Shown here one piece after another: positions 1 to 9,601 of a stretch of 64,000 nt of DNA. The first letter of the stretch is position 1. Each line of letters opens with the position of its first letter. The notes under the pieces are model-generated. The model was given only the letters and a program-made list of their open reading frames with translations. It did not search any database and was not told the DNA's origin. A program made the position numbers and the translations under genes. This DNA is from an uncultured Candidatus Entotheonella sp. (GTDB taxonomy: Bacteria; Tectomicrobia; Entotheonellia; Entotheonellales; Entotheonellaceae): assembly GCA_965217185.1 (NCBI GenBank), contig OZ244252.1:3392001-3456000 (forward strand). Direction: 5' to 3'.

Positions 1-46
1 AGAGGCGTGAGACAGGCTAGGATTCAGGCAAACGAAGGGGTTCAAT

Positions 47-337
47 GTGGCAGAGGACGTTGTGGTCGAGATATTCGGACAGACGTTCCGGCTTTCTGCC
101 GGGGCAGCGGAATTCGACTACATGCAACGGTTGGCAGCGCATGTCGATGAGAGAATCCGCGCTATCGCTGACGTGAGCCCGTCCGTATCTTTCAATCGTT
201 TGGCCATCTTGGCTGCCCTCAACATTGCCGATGATCTCTTCAAACTCCAGGATGACTTAGATCATGCTTCGCAACTCATTGACGCGAAGACCGACAGGCT
301 CATCGCAGCGATCAAACAACAACTGACAACGAACTAA
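47..337 (+). CDS. zapA: Cell division protein ZapA
   Basis: 96 aa; VEIFGQTFRL N-terminus, LAAHVDERIRAI and RLAILAALNIADDL motifs; upstream of ygfA as is typical. Confidence 0.9.
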   Translation: MAEDVVVEIFGQTFRLSAGAAEFDYMQRLAAHVDERIRAIADVSPSVSFNRLAILAALNIADDLFKLQDDLDHASQLIDAKTDRLIAAIKQQLTTN

Positions 338-464
338 ACCCTGGTCACCCCTCAGCCGCTGACCGCCCTTGATCCGTTGAGAATGTCCTCACTCTCCGTA
401 TGGAACCACATTTCCCTCCGCCCGCATAACGGCTTGTAATCAGCCAAGACGTCAACAACAAACC

Positions 465-1040
465 ATGCTCACCAAAGCGCAGTTGCGTGAATCGTGCCTA
501 GCTCGACGAGCGGCCCTGACGATGGCGGATTGCCGGCAAATGAGCGCCGCAATCGCTAAGCATATTTGCGCCATGCCGGCTTTTCGGGATAGCCAGACGA
601 TCATGCTATACATGGCGTTGCCGCAGGAAGTGCAGACCGCGGCAATCCTCACGGAAAGCCGCCTTCAAGGAAAGCGGTTAACGGTTCCCGTCGTAAAGCC
701 GTGCGGACTCGTTGCCGCGGCCCTACCGACGGGCCAACTCCAATTCCAGCCGGGCCCCTTTGGCATTCCTGAACCTGCCGTCAGCACTGCGGTCATATCC
801 CCTGAAGACATCAACTGCGTGATGGTCCCTGGCATCGCTTTCGACCGCCGCGGCAGGCGATTGGGATTCGGGAAAGGCTATTACGACCGCTTCCTGTGCC
901 GGCTCCCCGCCACGACGCACGTGTGCGGTTTGGCCTTCTCGCTGCAGATCGTCCACCATGTACCCGACATGCCACACGATGTCCGCATGCAGTCACTGGT
1001 AACCGAACAGGGCGTGCTGCTTTGCGAGGACACCCGCTAA
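465..1040 (+). CDS. ygfA: 5-formyltetrahydrofolate cyclo-ligase
   Basis: KAQLR N-terminus, GPFGIPEP, VPGIAFDRRGRRLGFGKGYYDRFL, HDVRM motifs. Confidence 0.95.
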   Translation: MLTKAQLRESCLARRAALTMADCRQMSAAIAKHICAMPAFRDSQTIMLYMALPQEVQTAAILTESRLQGKRLTVPVVKPCGLVAAALPTGQLQFQPGPFGIPEPAVSTAVISPEDINCVMVPGIAFDRRGRRLGFGKGYYDRFLCRLPATTHVCGLAFSLQIVHHVPDMPHDVRMQSLVTEQGVLLCEDTR

Positions 1041-2041
1041 GCCGGACGCGCCGCCACCGCACCGCTCAGAGTCTGCTGCAAGTGGACCAACAGGCGCTCA
1101 AAGACAAGCTGGGAATTGACGTTCATGGCGAGGTAATGGCGAAGCTGCTCAATGAGGTCACACGTGTCGAGCAGCCGTTCATGCGTCAACTGGCGTGCCA
1201 ACCCACTCAATTCCGCACGCACGTCCTGATTATAAAGCGGTGCCGCCGGAGCGACTTTAAGCACCACCATGTCCCGGCATAGAAGCTCGAGCCATCGCAA
1301 CAACTCTTCGCACTGTTCCCGTCTGCCGGCAAACTGTCTCGCCTTGCCGAAAAGACTGGGATCCTTGGCGCCCAACGCATCGGACAGCAGGGTATACGCT
1401 GCCTGCCGTTTGGCGAGTATCTGCGCGGGCTCCGTTTCCGCAAGCGCATCCAGACTGCCTTCCACCAGCGAAGCGGCGGCCTTCGCGGTCTCGGTATCCA
1501 CCCCCCGTTGCGCAAGAATGCTCGCGATGTGTTGCGGGATAAGGGGCTGAAAAGGCAAAAGTTGGCAGCGCGAAATGACGGTCAGCGGCAGTGCCTCCTT
1601 CCTGCCGGTCAACAACAGCAGCAGCGCATTGCCGGGCGGCTCCTCCAGCGTCTTCAAAAGGGCGTGCGACGCCGGGAGCGTTAGCAACTCACACCCGTCG
1701 ATGATAATCGTGGTGCGCTGGCTTTCGTACGGCTTATAGCTGAGGCGATTCTGGATCATGCGAATGGCTTCGATCCTGATCGAGGCGCCCTCCGGCTCGA
1801 TCAGCAGCACATCGGGATGGTTCCGGCTGGCGATCTTGTGGCACGTTGTGCAAGCGTCGCAGGCATCGGTGGTAGCAGCGGTGCAATACAGCGCCTTGGT
1901 GAATTGCAAGGCCGCGAGTTTCTTGCCCGTGCCGTTAGGTCCATAGAACAGATAGGCATGCGACAAACGATCACTTTGCAGCGCTTTTCGCAACCGCGCG
2001 ACGGCCCGTTCCTGTCCCAAAATACCCTCAAAACTCACCAC
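1037..2041 (-). CDS. holB: DNA polymerase III subunit delta'
   Basis: HAYLFYGPNGTGKK, zinc motif CxxxxxxxCxxCxxC, NHPD, LLKTLEEPP, TVISRCQ. Confidence 0.92.
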   Translation of the reverse strand: MVSFEGILGQERAVARLRKALQSDRLSHAYLFYGPNGTGKKLAALQFTKALYCTAATTDACDACTTCHKIASRNHPDVLLIEPEGASIRIEAIRMIQNRLSYKPYESQRTTIIIDGCELLTLPASHALLKTLEEPPGNALLLLLTGRKEALPLTVISRCQLLPFQPLIPQHIASILAQRGVDTETAKAAASLVEGSLDALAETEPAQILAKRQAAYTLLSDALGAKDPSLFGKARQFAGRREQCEELLRWLELLCRDMVVLKVAPAAPLYNQDVRAELSGLARQLTHERLLDTCDLIEQLRHYLAMNVNSQLVFERLLVHLQQTLSGAVAARPA

Positions 2042-2188
2042 CGCTCCTTGTGCTCTGTAGGCGGAAATGTCGCTAAAGTATCACGGCGAACCGGCTTCTG
2101 CCATCCCGACGCGCGGTGCTCCGCAGGTAAGGATTACGCCACGCAAACCGCCCCAAGATGACCGTTAGGAAATTGTTCATCACCGTCC

Positions 2189-2216
2189 TTGCGGTTGAAA
2201 CGCTGACGAGTATAAT
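2189..2216 (+). promoter_or_regulatory. Putative sigma70 promoter of the hrcA operon
   Basis: TTGCGG-N16-TATAAT, 46 nt upstream of the hrcA ATG. Confidence 0.55.
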
Positions 2217-2262
2217 GGCGCATTCTTCGCCTTTGAATTCATCGTGGCAGGAAGGTGTACGT

Positions 2263-3318
2263 ATGCCTCAGACGCCAGAACCCGAAGTCTTGGATGGGCG
2301 CACGCAAAGCATTTTGACGGCCATCGTGCATTGCTTCATTCAGAACGCCGAGCCCATCGGTTCTCGGACGATATCGAAACGCTTCGATTTCGGCCTGAGC
2401 CCGGCAACCATCCGCAACGTGATGTCCGACCTCGAGGACCTCGGATTCCTGGAGCAACCGCACACCTCCGCAGGACGCGTCCCCACCGACAAAGGCTATC
2501 GATTCTACGTCAATCACCTAAGTGACCTCGATGTTCTCAGCAGCGAGGATTCCGCTCGTATCTCGCAGCGCTACACGCTTTATCGCGGCGAAGTCGACGA
2601 GGTGATGGCGGAAACCTCCCGCCTGCTCTCGGATGTCACGCAGTACGCCGGGATGGTCCTTCGCACCTTCACGACCACGATTTTCAAACGCATCGAGCTT
2701 GTCAAAATACGCGACCAGCAGGTCCTGGCGATTTTCGTCATGGAATCCGGGATGGTCCAGAACAAGCTGATCATGCTCGACGACGAGTTGAGCCAGGACG
2801 ACCTGCATCACATCTCCAATTATCTCAATCATGAGTTTGCCAACCAGCCGCTGCGCGAAATTCGCCGCCAGGTCCTCGAACGCATGCAGGAAGAAAAAGC
2901 GCAATATGACAACCTCGTCCGGCAGGCGATGCACGTGGGCGAAAAGACGTTTGCCGACACCGTGGAAAGCGAGAGCGACATTTATCTGGGCGGCACAGTC
3001 AACATTCTGGATCAGCCCGAATTCGCCTCGAATGTCGATCAGATGAAGGACCTCTTCGCGGCGTTTGAAGAAAAGAATCGGTTGATCAGCGTGCTCGACA
3101 AGTGTCTTGAGGAAACCGGCGTGAATGTCGTTATCGGCTCGGAAACCCCCTTCAAGGATATTCACAAGTGCAGCTTCGTAACCCATACCTACACCTATGC
3201 CGACCGCACGATCGGTGTCCTCGGTGTCCTCGGTCCAAAACGCATGGCCTATCCGCGCGTCATGGCCGTCGTTGATTACACCGCACAACTCGTCAGCAAA
3301 ATCCTCACCCAGGGTTAG
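2263..3318 (+). CDS. hrcA: Heat-inducible transcription repressor HrcA
   Basis: EPIGSRTI, SPATIRNVMSDLEDLGFLEQPHTSAGRVPTDKGYRFYV, GVLGPKRMAY; start placed at ATG 2263 after GGAAGG. Confidence 0.96.
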   Translation: MPQTPEPEVLDGRTQSILTAIVHCFIQNAEPIGSRTISKRFDFGLSPATIRNVMSDLEDLGFLEQPHTSAGRVPTDKGYRFYVNHLSDLDVLSSEDSARISQRYTLYRGEVDEVMAETSRLLSDVTQYAGMVLRTFTTTIFKRIELVKIRDQQVLAIFVMESGMVQNKLIMLDDELSQDDLHHISNYLNHEFANQPLREIRRQVLERMQEEKAQYDNLVRQAMHVGEKTFADTVESESDIYLGGTVNILDQPEFASNVDQMKDLFAAFEEKNRLISVLDKCLEETGVNVVIGSETPFKDIHKCSFVTHTYTYADRTIGVLGVLGPKRMAYPRVMAVVDYTAQLVSKILTQG

Positions 3319-3379
3319 CTGATCCTGACCTCTGATGTCCCCACCTTAGCTGCGGCGTCTCCCTGAAATCCTCCAACTA

Positions 3380-4333
3380 TTGGAACCGGTGGCCTGGATG
3401 CAATGGTGGAATGTTTACGTGCAAACGCCGGCGCATACAAGCGATGCGGTTAGCGCCTACCTCGATCGCCTGGGTTCGGCAGCGGTAATCATCCATGAGC
3501 ACACCACACTGTCGGCCTGCCGGGAACCCTGCGTGGACAACACGCTTTACACTCGGGGCTCGACAGTCCTGCAAGCGGCATTCGCGGGCCACGAAGAATT
3601 CTTGCCACGGCTTGCCGCCTTGCAACGATTCATGGCCACCGGCGCCGGGGCCGAAACCGCCCTGCCTTGGGCCTTATACTGCTGCAAGATGAGCGACCAA
3701 CGATACCTGACCCAATGGCAGGAATTCTTTCATCCTTTCTGGGTGGATGACCGTTTGCTCATCCGTCCGTCCTGGGACACCTCACCCATGGCGCACGACA
3801 AGGCATGCCTCACCATTGATCCGGGCTTGGCCTTCGGAACCGGCACGCACCCAACCACCCGTATGTGCCTGGACATGCTGGCCGACTACGCCCCGCAATA
3901 CCAAGGCGGTGATCTTCTTGACGCGGGCTGTGGCTCGGGTATCCTGTCGCTGGCCGCGCTAAGGCTCGGTTTGCGCACCGCAATCGGCGTAGACGTGGAC
4001 CCCCAAGCGGTTGCCGTAGCGGTCGACAATGCCGCGGCCAATGACCTGCAGAAACAGGTGCAATTCATTTCCGGCTGGTGCGACGCTGCCGCCGGGCCAT
4101 TCGACATGATTGTGGCGAATATCTTTCTCGGGCCGTTGGTCGAGATGATGCAAACCCTGCGCCGTCGTCTGAAGCCGGGAGGCACCCTGATCGCGTCTGG
4201 AATTATCGCCCCCCAGGAAGCCACGTTGACGGCGTCGCTCAAGGCAGCCGGACTGGGTGTTTGCTCCCGGATACTGACAGACGGCTGGATTGCCTTGGCC
4301 GCCCAACCTGTCCGGGATGCGTCGGCAAAGTGA
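3380..4333 (+). CDS. prmA: 50S ribosomal protein L11 methyltransferase
   Basis: IDPGLAFGTGTHPTT, DAGCGSGILS, DMIVANI, SGII; exact start uncertain. Confidence 0.93.
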   Translation: MEPVAWMQWWNVYVQTPAHTSDAVSAYLDRLGSAAVIIHEHTTLSACREPCVDNTLYTRGSTVLQAAFAGHEEFLPRLAALQRFMATGAGAETALPWALYCCKMSDQRYLTQWQEFFHPFWVDDRLLIRPSWDTSPMAHDKACLTIDPGLAFGTGTHPTTRMCLDMLADYAPQYQGGDLLDAGCGSGILSLAALRLGLRTAIGVDVDPQAVAVAVDNAAANDLQKQVQFISGWCDAAAGPFDMIVANIFLGPLVEMMQTLRRRLKPGGTLIASGIIAPQEATLTASLKAAGLGVCSRILTDGWIALAAQPVRDASAK

Positions 4334-4346
4334 GCTCAAGAATCGT

Positions 4347-5090
4347 ATGCACCGCGCGTATGTAGCCCCGGGAATTCTTGACGAATCCATCATATCGCTA
4401 CCGCGCGATACAGCCCACCACGTCGCCCGCGTGCTGCGGTTAAGGGTGGGCGAGCAGATCGGCCTGTTCGATGGCAATGGCCGGGAATGTGTCGTTCGTC
4501 TGACACATGTATCGGCCGGTCTTGTTCAAGGCGAGCGGGTGGCCCTGCTGGCGTCGCTGCCGCCTTGCAACAACGTTGTCGTGCTAGGGCAGGGACTTCC
4601 TCAGGGTGCCAAGATGGACTGGATTGTCGAGAAATGTTCCGAGTTGGGATTGTCCACGCTGGTGCCTCTCCACACGGAGCTGTCCGTGGTGCGGAGTATT
4701 GGCCAGCGCATGGCCGAGAAAATGGCCCGTTGGCAGCGTATTGCGGCAGCAGCAGCCGGACAATGCGGACGCCGAACGCTGCTCGAACTCGGAACTCCGT
4801 CATCATTGGCTGATTTCTGCGCTCGCTACAACGCAGCGCCCGTTAAAATCATTTGCTGGGAGCAGGAAAAATCGTGCGGCATCCGGCAGGTGCTGGAGGC
4901 TGGAGACGATCGGTACCCCATTGCCGTTCTGGTCGGACCGGAAAGCGGGTTCACCGCAGACGAAGTCGCTGTAGCCAAGGCGCACGATTTTGTGTCGGTC
5001 AGCTTGGGGCCACGCCGTTTGCGCACCGAAACTGCGGCCGTCGCCGTGACCGGCATCATCCGCTACAGCCGCGGCGAACTCGATCCCTGA
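4347..5090 (+). CDS. rsmE: 16S rRNA m3U1498 methyltransferase
   Basis: HHVARVLRL, KMDWIVEKCSELG, VGPESGF, VSLGPRRLRTETA. Confidence 0.95.
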   Translation: MHRAYVAPGILDESIISLPRDTAHHVARVLRLRVGEQIGLFDGNGRECVVRLTHVSAGLVQGERVALLASLPPCNNVVVLGQGLPQGAKMDWIVEKCSELGLSTLVPLHTELSVVRSIGQRMAEKMARWQRIAAAAAGQCGRRTLLELGTPSSLADFCARYNAAPVKIICWEQEKSCGIRQVLEAGDDRYPIAVLVGPESGFTADEVAVAKAHDFVSVSLGPRRLRTETAAVAVTGIIRYSRGELDP

Positions 5091-5100
5091 GGAAGATGGA

Positions 5101-6672
5101 ATGAAGCAAATCAAGCGCGCCCTCGTCAGCGTGTCGAATAAGGAGGGCCTTGTCCCCTTTGTGGAGCAGTTACGGCACTACGATATTGAAATTCTGTCCA
5201 CCGGCGGCACCGCTGCCGCCTTGCGGGACCACGGCATTCCGGTCGTGTCTGTGGAGGACGTTACCGGCATGCCGGAGATGCTCGGCGGCCGGGTCAAGAC
5301 CCTGCATCCCCGCCTGCACGGCGGGATTCTCGCCCAACGCGACAGGCCCGATCAAATGGCTGACGCCGTCTCACACGACTTGCCGCTCATTGATCTGGTT
5401 GTCGTCAACCTCTACCCCTTCGAGGCCATGACGGGAAACGGCGACCTCTCTCTGGATGAAGCGCTCTCCTACATTGACATCGGCGGCGTGGCGATGCTGC
5501 GCGCCGCCGCCAAGAATTTCGCGGACGTGACGGTAGTTTGTGCGCCGCACCAGTACGATGAGGCGTTAGCGGACCTGCAACAAAACAACGGTGCCACCAG
5601 CCTTGCCCTGCGCCAACGATTGGCCCTGGAAACGTTCCAGCACACGGCCGCCTACGATGCCGCCATCAGTACCTACCTGCACGACGCGGATTCCTCCGAA
5701 GCCGAGGCGTCCCCCTTCGCCCGGCAGAAAACCCTGGTTCTGCGTCGGGAACGCGCCCTGCGTTACGGCGAAAATCCGCACCAGGGCGCGGCATTGTACG
5801 CCTCCACACCGGCCGTACGTCCAAACCTGATACAAGCCCAGCAATTGCACGGCAAGGAACTGTCGTTCAACAATCTCGCCGACGCCGATGCCGCACTGGC
5901 GGCCGTGCAGGAATTCGACAATCTGGCGGTGGTCATCCTGAAGCACCAGACACCATGCGGCATTGCCGTGGCGCCCACCGCCGCCGAGGCGTATGAACGC
6001 GCCTACGACACCGATCCGGACTCAGCTTCGGGCGGCGTCATCAGTTGCAATCGGGAAGTAGACGCCGCCATGGCCGAGGCCATCGGAGATCGCTTCCTGG
6101 AAGTTCTGCTGGCCCCCTCGTTTCACCCGGATGCCCTGCCCATCCTGACCCGCAAGCGAAACCGCATCCTGCTGGCCTGGGGAATGGAGTCCGACGCTGC
6201 AGGCGATCAAAGGCCCCGGCGCCAGTGGCGTAGCATCGCCGGCGGCGCCCTGATGCAGGACGTTGACCAAGCCCTCCTGACCCCCGAAGATCTGCGCATC
6301 GTCACGGAACGCCAACCCACCCCGGCGCAAATGCAGGCGATACTGTTTGCCTGGAAAGTCGTCAAGCACGTCAAGTCCAACGCCGTCGTCCTGGTGCGCG
6401 ACACCCAGACGGTCGGTATCGGCTCCGGGCAGATGAGCCGCGTGGACGCCAGCCGCATGGCGCTGATGAAGGCCCGCAGCAGCACGAAGGGGTGCGTGGC
6501 GGCGTCGGACGCCTTTTTCCCTTTCCGCGACGGTGTGGACCTCATCGCCGAAGCGGGCGTCGAGGCCATCATCCAGCCGGGCGGCTCCGTGCGCGATAAG
6601 GAAACCATCGCCGCGGCCAACGAGCACGGCATCGTCATGGCGTTTTCCGGCGTGCGTGCGTTCAGACACTAA
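5101..6672 (+). CDS. purH: Bifunctional AICAR transformylase/IMP cyclohydrolase
   Basis: RALVSVSNK, GRVKTLHP, DIGG, RYGENPHQ, ASDAFFPF, IQPGGS. Confidence 0.97.
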   Translation: MKQIKRALVSVSNKEGLVPFVEQLRHYDIEILSTGGTAAALRDHGIPVVSVEDVTGMPEMLGGRVKTLHPRLHGGILAQRDRPDQMADAVSHDLPLIDLVVVNLYPFEAMTGNGDLSLDEALSYIDIGGVAMLRAAAKNFADVTVVCAPHQYDEALADLQQNNGATSLALRQRLALETFQHTAAYDAAISTYLHDADSSEAEASPFARQKTLVLRRERALRYGENPHQGAALYASTPAVRPNLIQAQQLHGKELSFNNLADADAALAAVQEFDNLAVVILKHQTPCGIAVAPTAAEAYERAYDTDPDSASGGVISCNREVDAAMAEAIGDRFLEVLLAPSFHPDALPILTRKRNRILLAWGMESDAAGDQRPRRQWRSIAGGALMQDVDQALLTPEDLRIVTERQPTPAQMQAILFAWKVVKHVKSNAVVLVRDTQTVGIGSGQMSRVDASRMALMKARSSTKGCVAASDAFFPFRDGVDLIAEAGVEAIIQPGGSVRDKETIAAANEHGIVMAFSGVRAFRH

Positions 6673-6696
6673 CCCAGCGAAACGAGGCATCTCACC

Positions 6697-7983
6697 GTGA
6701 AGGTCCTTGTGGTAGGCAGCGGCGGCCGCGAGCACGCCCTCACCTGGAAGCTGGCCCAGAGCCCCCAGCTCGACGCCCTCTACTGCGCCCCCGGAAACCC
6801 CGGCACTCGCGCCCTGGCGCGCAACGTCGCCATCGCGGTCGACGACGTCGCGGCGCTGCGGCGCTTCGCCCGGGAAGAACGGATCGACTTGACCGTCGTT
6901 GGCCCGGAAGCACCGCTGGCCTTGGGCATCACCGACGCATTCGAGGCCGATGGCCTGCGGGTATTCGGCCCCACGCAAGCCGCCGCCCAGCTCGAATCCA
7001 GCAAGATTTTTGCCAAGCAGTTCATGCTGGAAGCCAGCATCCCCACCGCCGACGCGGCCTCCTTCGACGACCTCGCCGCTGCCGAATCCCACGTCCGCCA
7101 CCACGCCGGGCCGCTGGTCGTCAAGGCCGACGGCTTGGCCGCTGGAAAGGGCGTCACCGTCTGTCAGAACCAAGACGAGGCGCTCCGGGCCGTGCGGCAG
7201 GCCATGCAGGAACGCATCTTCGGCGACGCCGGACGCCGCGTCGTGCTGGAGGAATTCCTGGACGGCGAGGAGGCTTCGTTTCACGTCCTGGTGGACGGGC
7301 GGAACGTCGTGCCGCTGGCCACCTCGCAGGATCACAAACGCGCGTACGACGGCGATCAAGGCCCCAATACCGGCGGCATGGGCGCTTACGCTCCCGCGCC
7401 CGTTGTCAGCGAGGCCCTGCATCAGCAGATCCTCGGCGACATCGTCATGCCGACGGTCGGCGGCATGGCAGCACGCGGCATGCCGTACCGCGGCGTTCTT
7501 TACGTCGGCTTAATGATTGTGGAAGACCGCCCTTACGTTATAGAATTCAACGCACGCTTCGGCGATCCCGAGACACAAGCCCTGCTCATGCTGCTCGACG
7601 ACGACCTCCTGCCGCTGCTCGACGGTGCGGCACGCGGGCAACTGGGCAACACGCACGTGCAATCCGTACCCGCCGCCGCCGTGTGCGTCGTCATGGCATC
7701 GGAGGGCTATCCGGGCTCGTATTCTCGCGGCCTGCCGATTACCGGCATCGAAGCCGCGGCGAATCAGCCGAATGCGTGGGTCTTTCATGCCGGCACGGAC
7801 GAGCGGGACGGGTACTTGGTAACCAACGGCGGTCGCGTGCTCGGCGTCACCGCGCGCGCGGCCGGCATCGCCGAGGCGATTACCGAGGCGTACCGGGCGG
7901 TCGAGTGTATCCAGTGGCCGGGCAGACAGTTCCGGCGTGACATAGGACGGCGGGCGCTACAGCACGTTGCATCCGCCAAGTGA
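6697..7983 (+). CDS. purD: Phosphoribosylamine--glycine ligase
   Basis: GSGGREHAL, KADGLAAGKGV, QDHKR, GPNTGGMGAY, EFNARFGDPE, TNGGRVL. Confidence 0.97.
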   Translation: MKVLVVGSGGREHALTWKLAQSPQLDALYCAPGNPGTRALARNVAIAVDDVAALRRFAREERIDLTVVGPEAPLALGITDAFEADGLRVFGPTQAAAQLESSKIFAKQFMLEASIPTADAASFDDLAAAESHVRHHAGPLVVKADGLAAGKGVTVCQNQDEALRAVRQAMQERIFGDAGRRVVLEEFLDGEEASFHVLVDGRNVVPLATSQDHKRAYDGDQGPNTGGMGAYAPAPVVSEALHQQILGDIVMPTVGGMAARGMPYRGVLYVGLMIVEDRPYVIEFNARFGDPETQALLMLLDDDLLPLLDGAARGQLGNTHVQSVPAAAVCVVMASEGYPGSYSRGLPITGIEAAANQPNAWVFHAGTDERDGYLVTNGGRVLGVTARAAGIAEAITEAYRAVECIQWPGRQFRRDIGRRALQHVASAK

Positions 7984-8376
<393 letters not shown>

Positions 8377-8448
8377 AAAAGCCCTCCGGGGATGAGTCGT
8401 TCCGTGTAAGGGCATGCCGTCTGAGCCTCGGGCACCGTTCTGACGTGG

Positions 8449-9588
8449 ATGAGCATGAGAAAATCCCGATTACGACTCTGCGTATTCCTGCTCTTGTCCG
8501 TGGTCATCCACGCTCACCTGCCGTTGTTGTGGCGTTTCATGCCATCGTATGACCCGCCGCCGGTTCCCGTTGCCGTCCGCTTTATGGAGATACCGCCGGC
8601 CGCCGTGCCTGAATCTGTCCAAACGCCACCGGAAAATTTGGACTCGGAACCGACCCCGGAAAAAGGACCCGAGCCCGCGTCCGTACCGCCCGGACAGGGT
8701 GGTCTGGTCGTCGATCTTGCCGAGCCGGTACACCAGGAGCGGCCCGCTGAAGCACGGATTGTGTCGCGCTACGACAGCAAGGCACAGGATGTCGGGCCCG
8801 GAGAGGACGGCACGAGGAAGCCGTCGGGACAAAATCCCCCCGACATGCCACCGGAACTAAACCTCCCAGAGCGCTACAGCGTGCAGGGCGCTACCCGGCC
8901 CCGTGACCTACCGGCGCCATCACAGCCGCCGGCGCCCCCCACTACCGTTGCACGGTTGGTTCCGCCGACTTCCCGGCAACCCGTCATGCCCAAGCCCGTG
9001 GAAACCCCCAAACCGACTTCCGAGCAGCCGCGTCCTTTGATCGTGAAGCCAATGCTGCAAGATCCTCGCTACCAGATGACCCTTCAGGAAGAACTTGAGA
9101 TGCTACGGCGCCAGCAGGAGGCGGCGGGCATGACGGAGCAGGACGTGCAGCAGGCTATCGGCGAGCATCTGGCACTTCTGGACGAGCACCGCCGTCTGCC
9201 CGGCTTCGACGCGCCGGGCGTTTACGAGGCGGGCCCAGAGCAACCCGGCGAAGGCGGGGACAACCCCGGCCAGGGCGGTAAATTCCGCTCCATCGCGTCG
9301 TTCGGCCTCAAGCACGTGTCGTATCTGCTCGTCATGCAGCGCCAGATCGAGCTGATGTTCAGCATCCCGTATCTCGTCCCGGATCGCCCTGTCGGCGTGC
9401 CGATCGTCGGCTTCACCGTGCAGCGCAGCGGCGAGTTGAGCGAAAGCGTCCTGCTGCGCTCGTCAGGCTACAAGGAAATCGACCAGGCGCTGCTCAAAGC
9501 CGTACGGCGCGCGGCGCCCTATCGCCCGTTTCCCGATCACCTCACCGACTCGTCCATCAGCATACGGGTCTTTGCGCACGCATCCTGA
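8449..9588 (+). CDS. TonB/TolA-family energy transducer-like protein
   Basis: N-terminal TM helix with SxxxH motif (SVVIH), long Pro-rich linker, C-terminal SSGYKEIDQALLKAVRRAAPYRPFP. Confidence 0.75.
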   Translation: MSMRKSRLRLCVFLLLSVVIHAHLPLLWRFMPSYDPPPVPVAVRFMEIPPAAVPESVQTPPENLDSEPTPEKGPEPASVPPGQGGLVVDLAEPVHQERPAEARIVSRYDSKAQDVGPGEDGTRKPSGQNPPDMPPELNLPERYSVQGATRPRDLPAPSQPPAPPTTVARLVPPTSRQPVMPKPVETPKPTSEQPRPLIVKPMLQDPRYQMTLQEELEMLRRQQEAAGMTEQDVQQAIGEHLALLDEHRRLPGFDAPGVYEAGPEQPGEGGDNPGQGGKFRSIASFGLKHVSYLLVMQRQIELMFSIPYLVPDRPVGVPIVGFTVQRSGELSESVLLRSSGYKEIDQALLKAVRRAAPYRPFPDHLTDSSISIRVFAHAS

Positions 9589-9601
9589 CGGGGCGGAAAT
9601 C

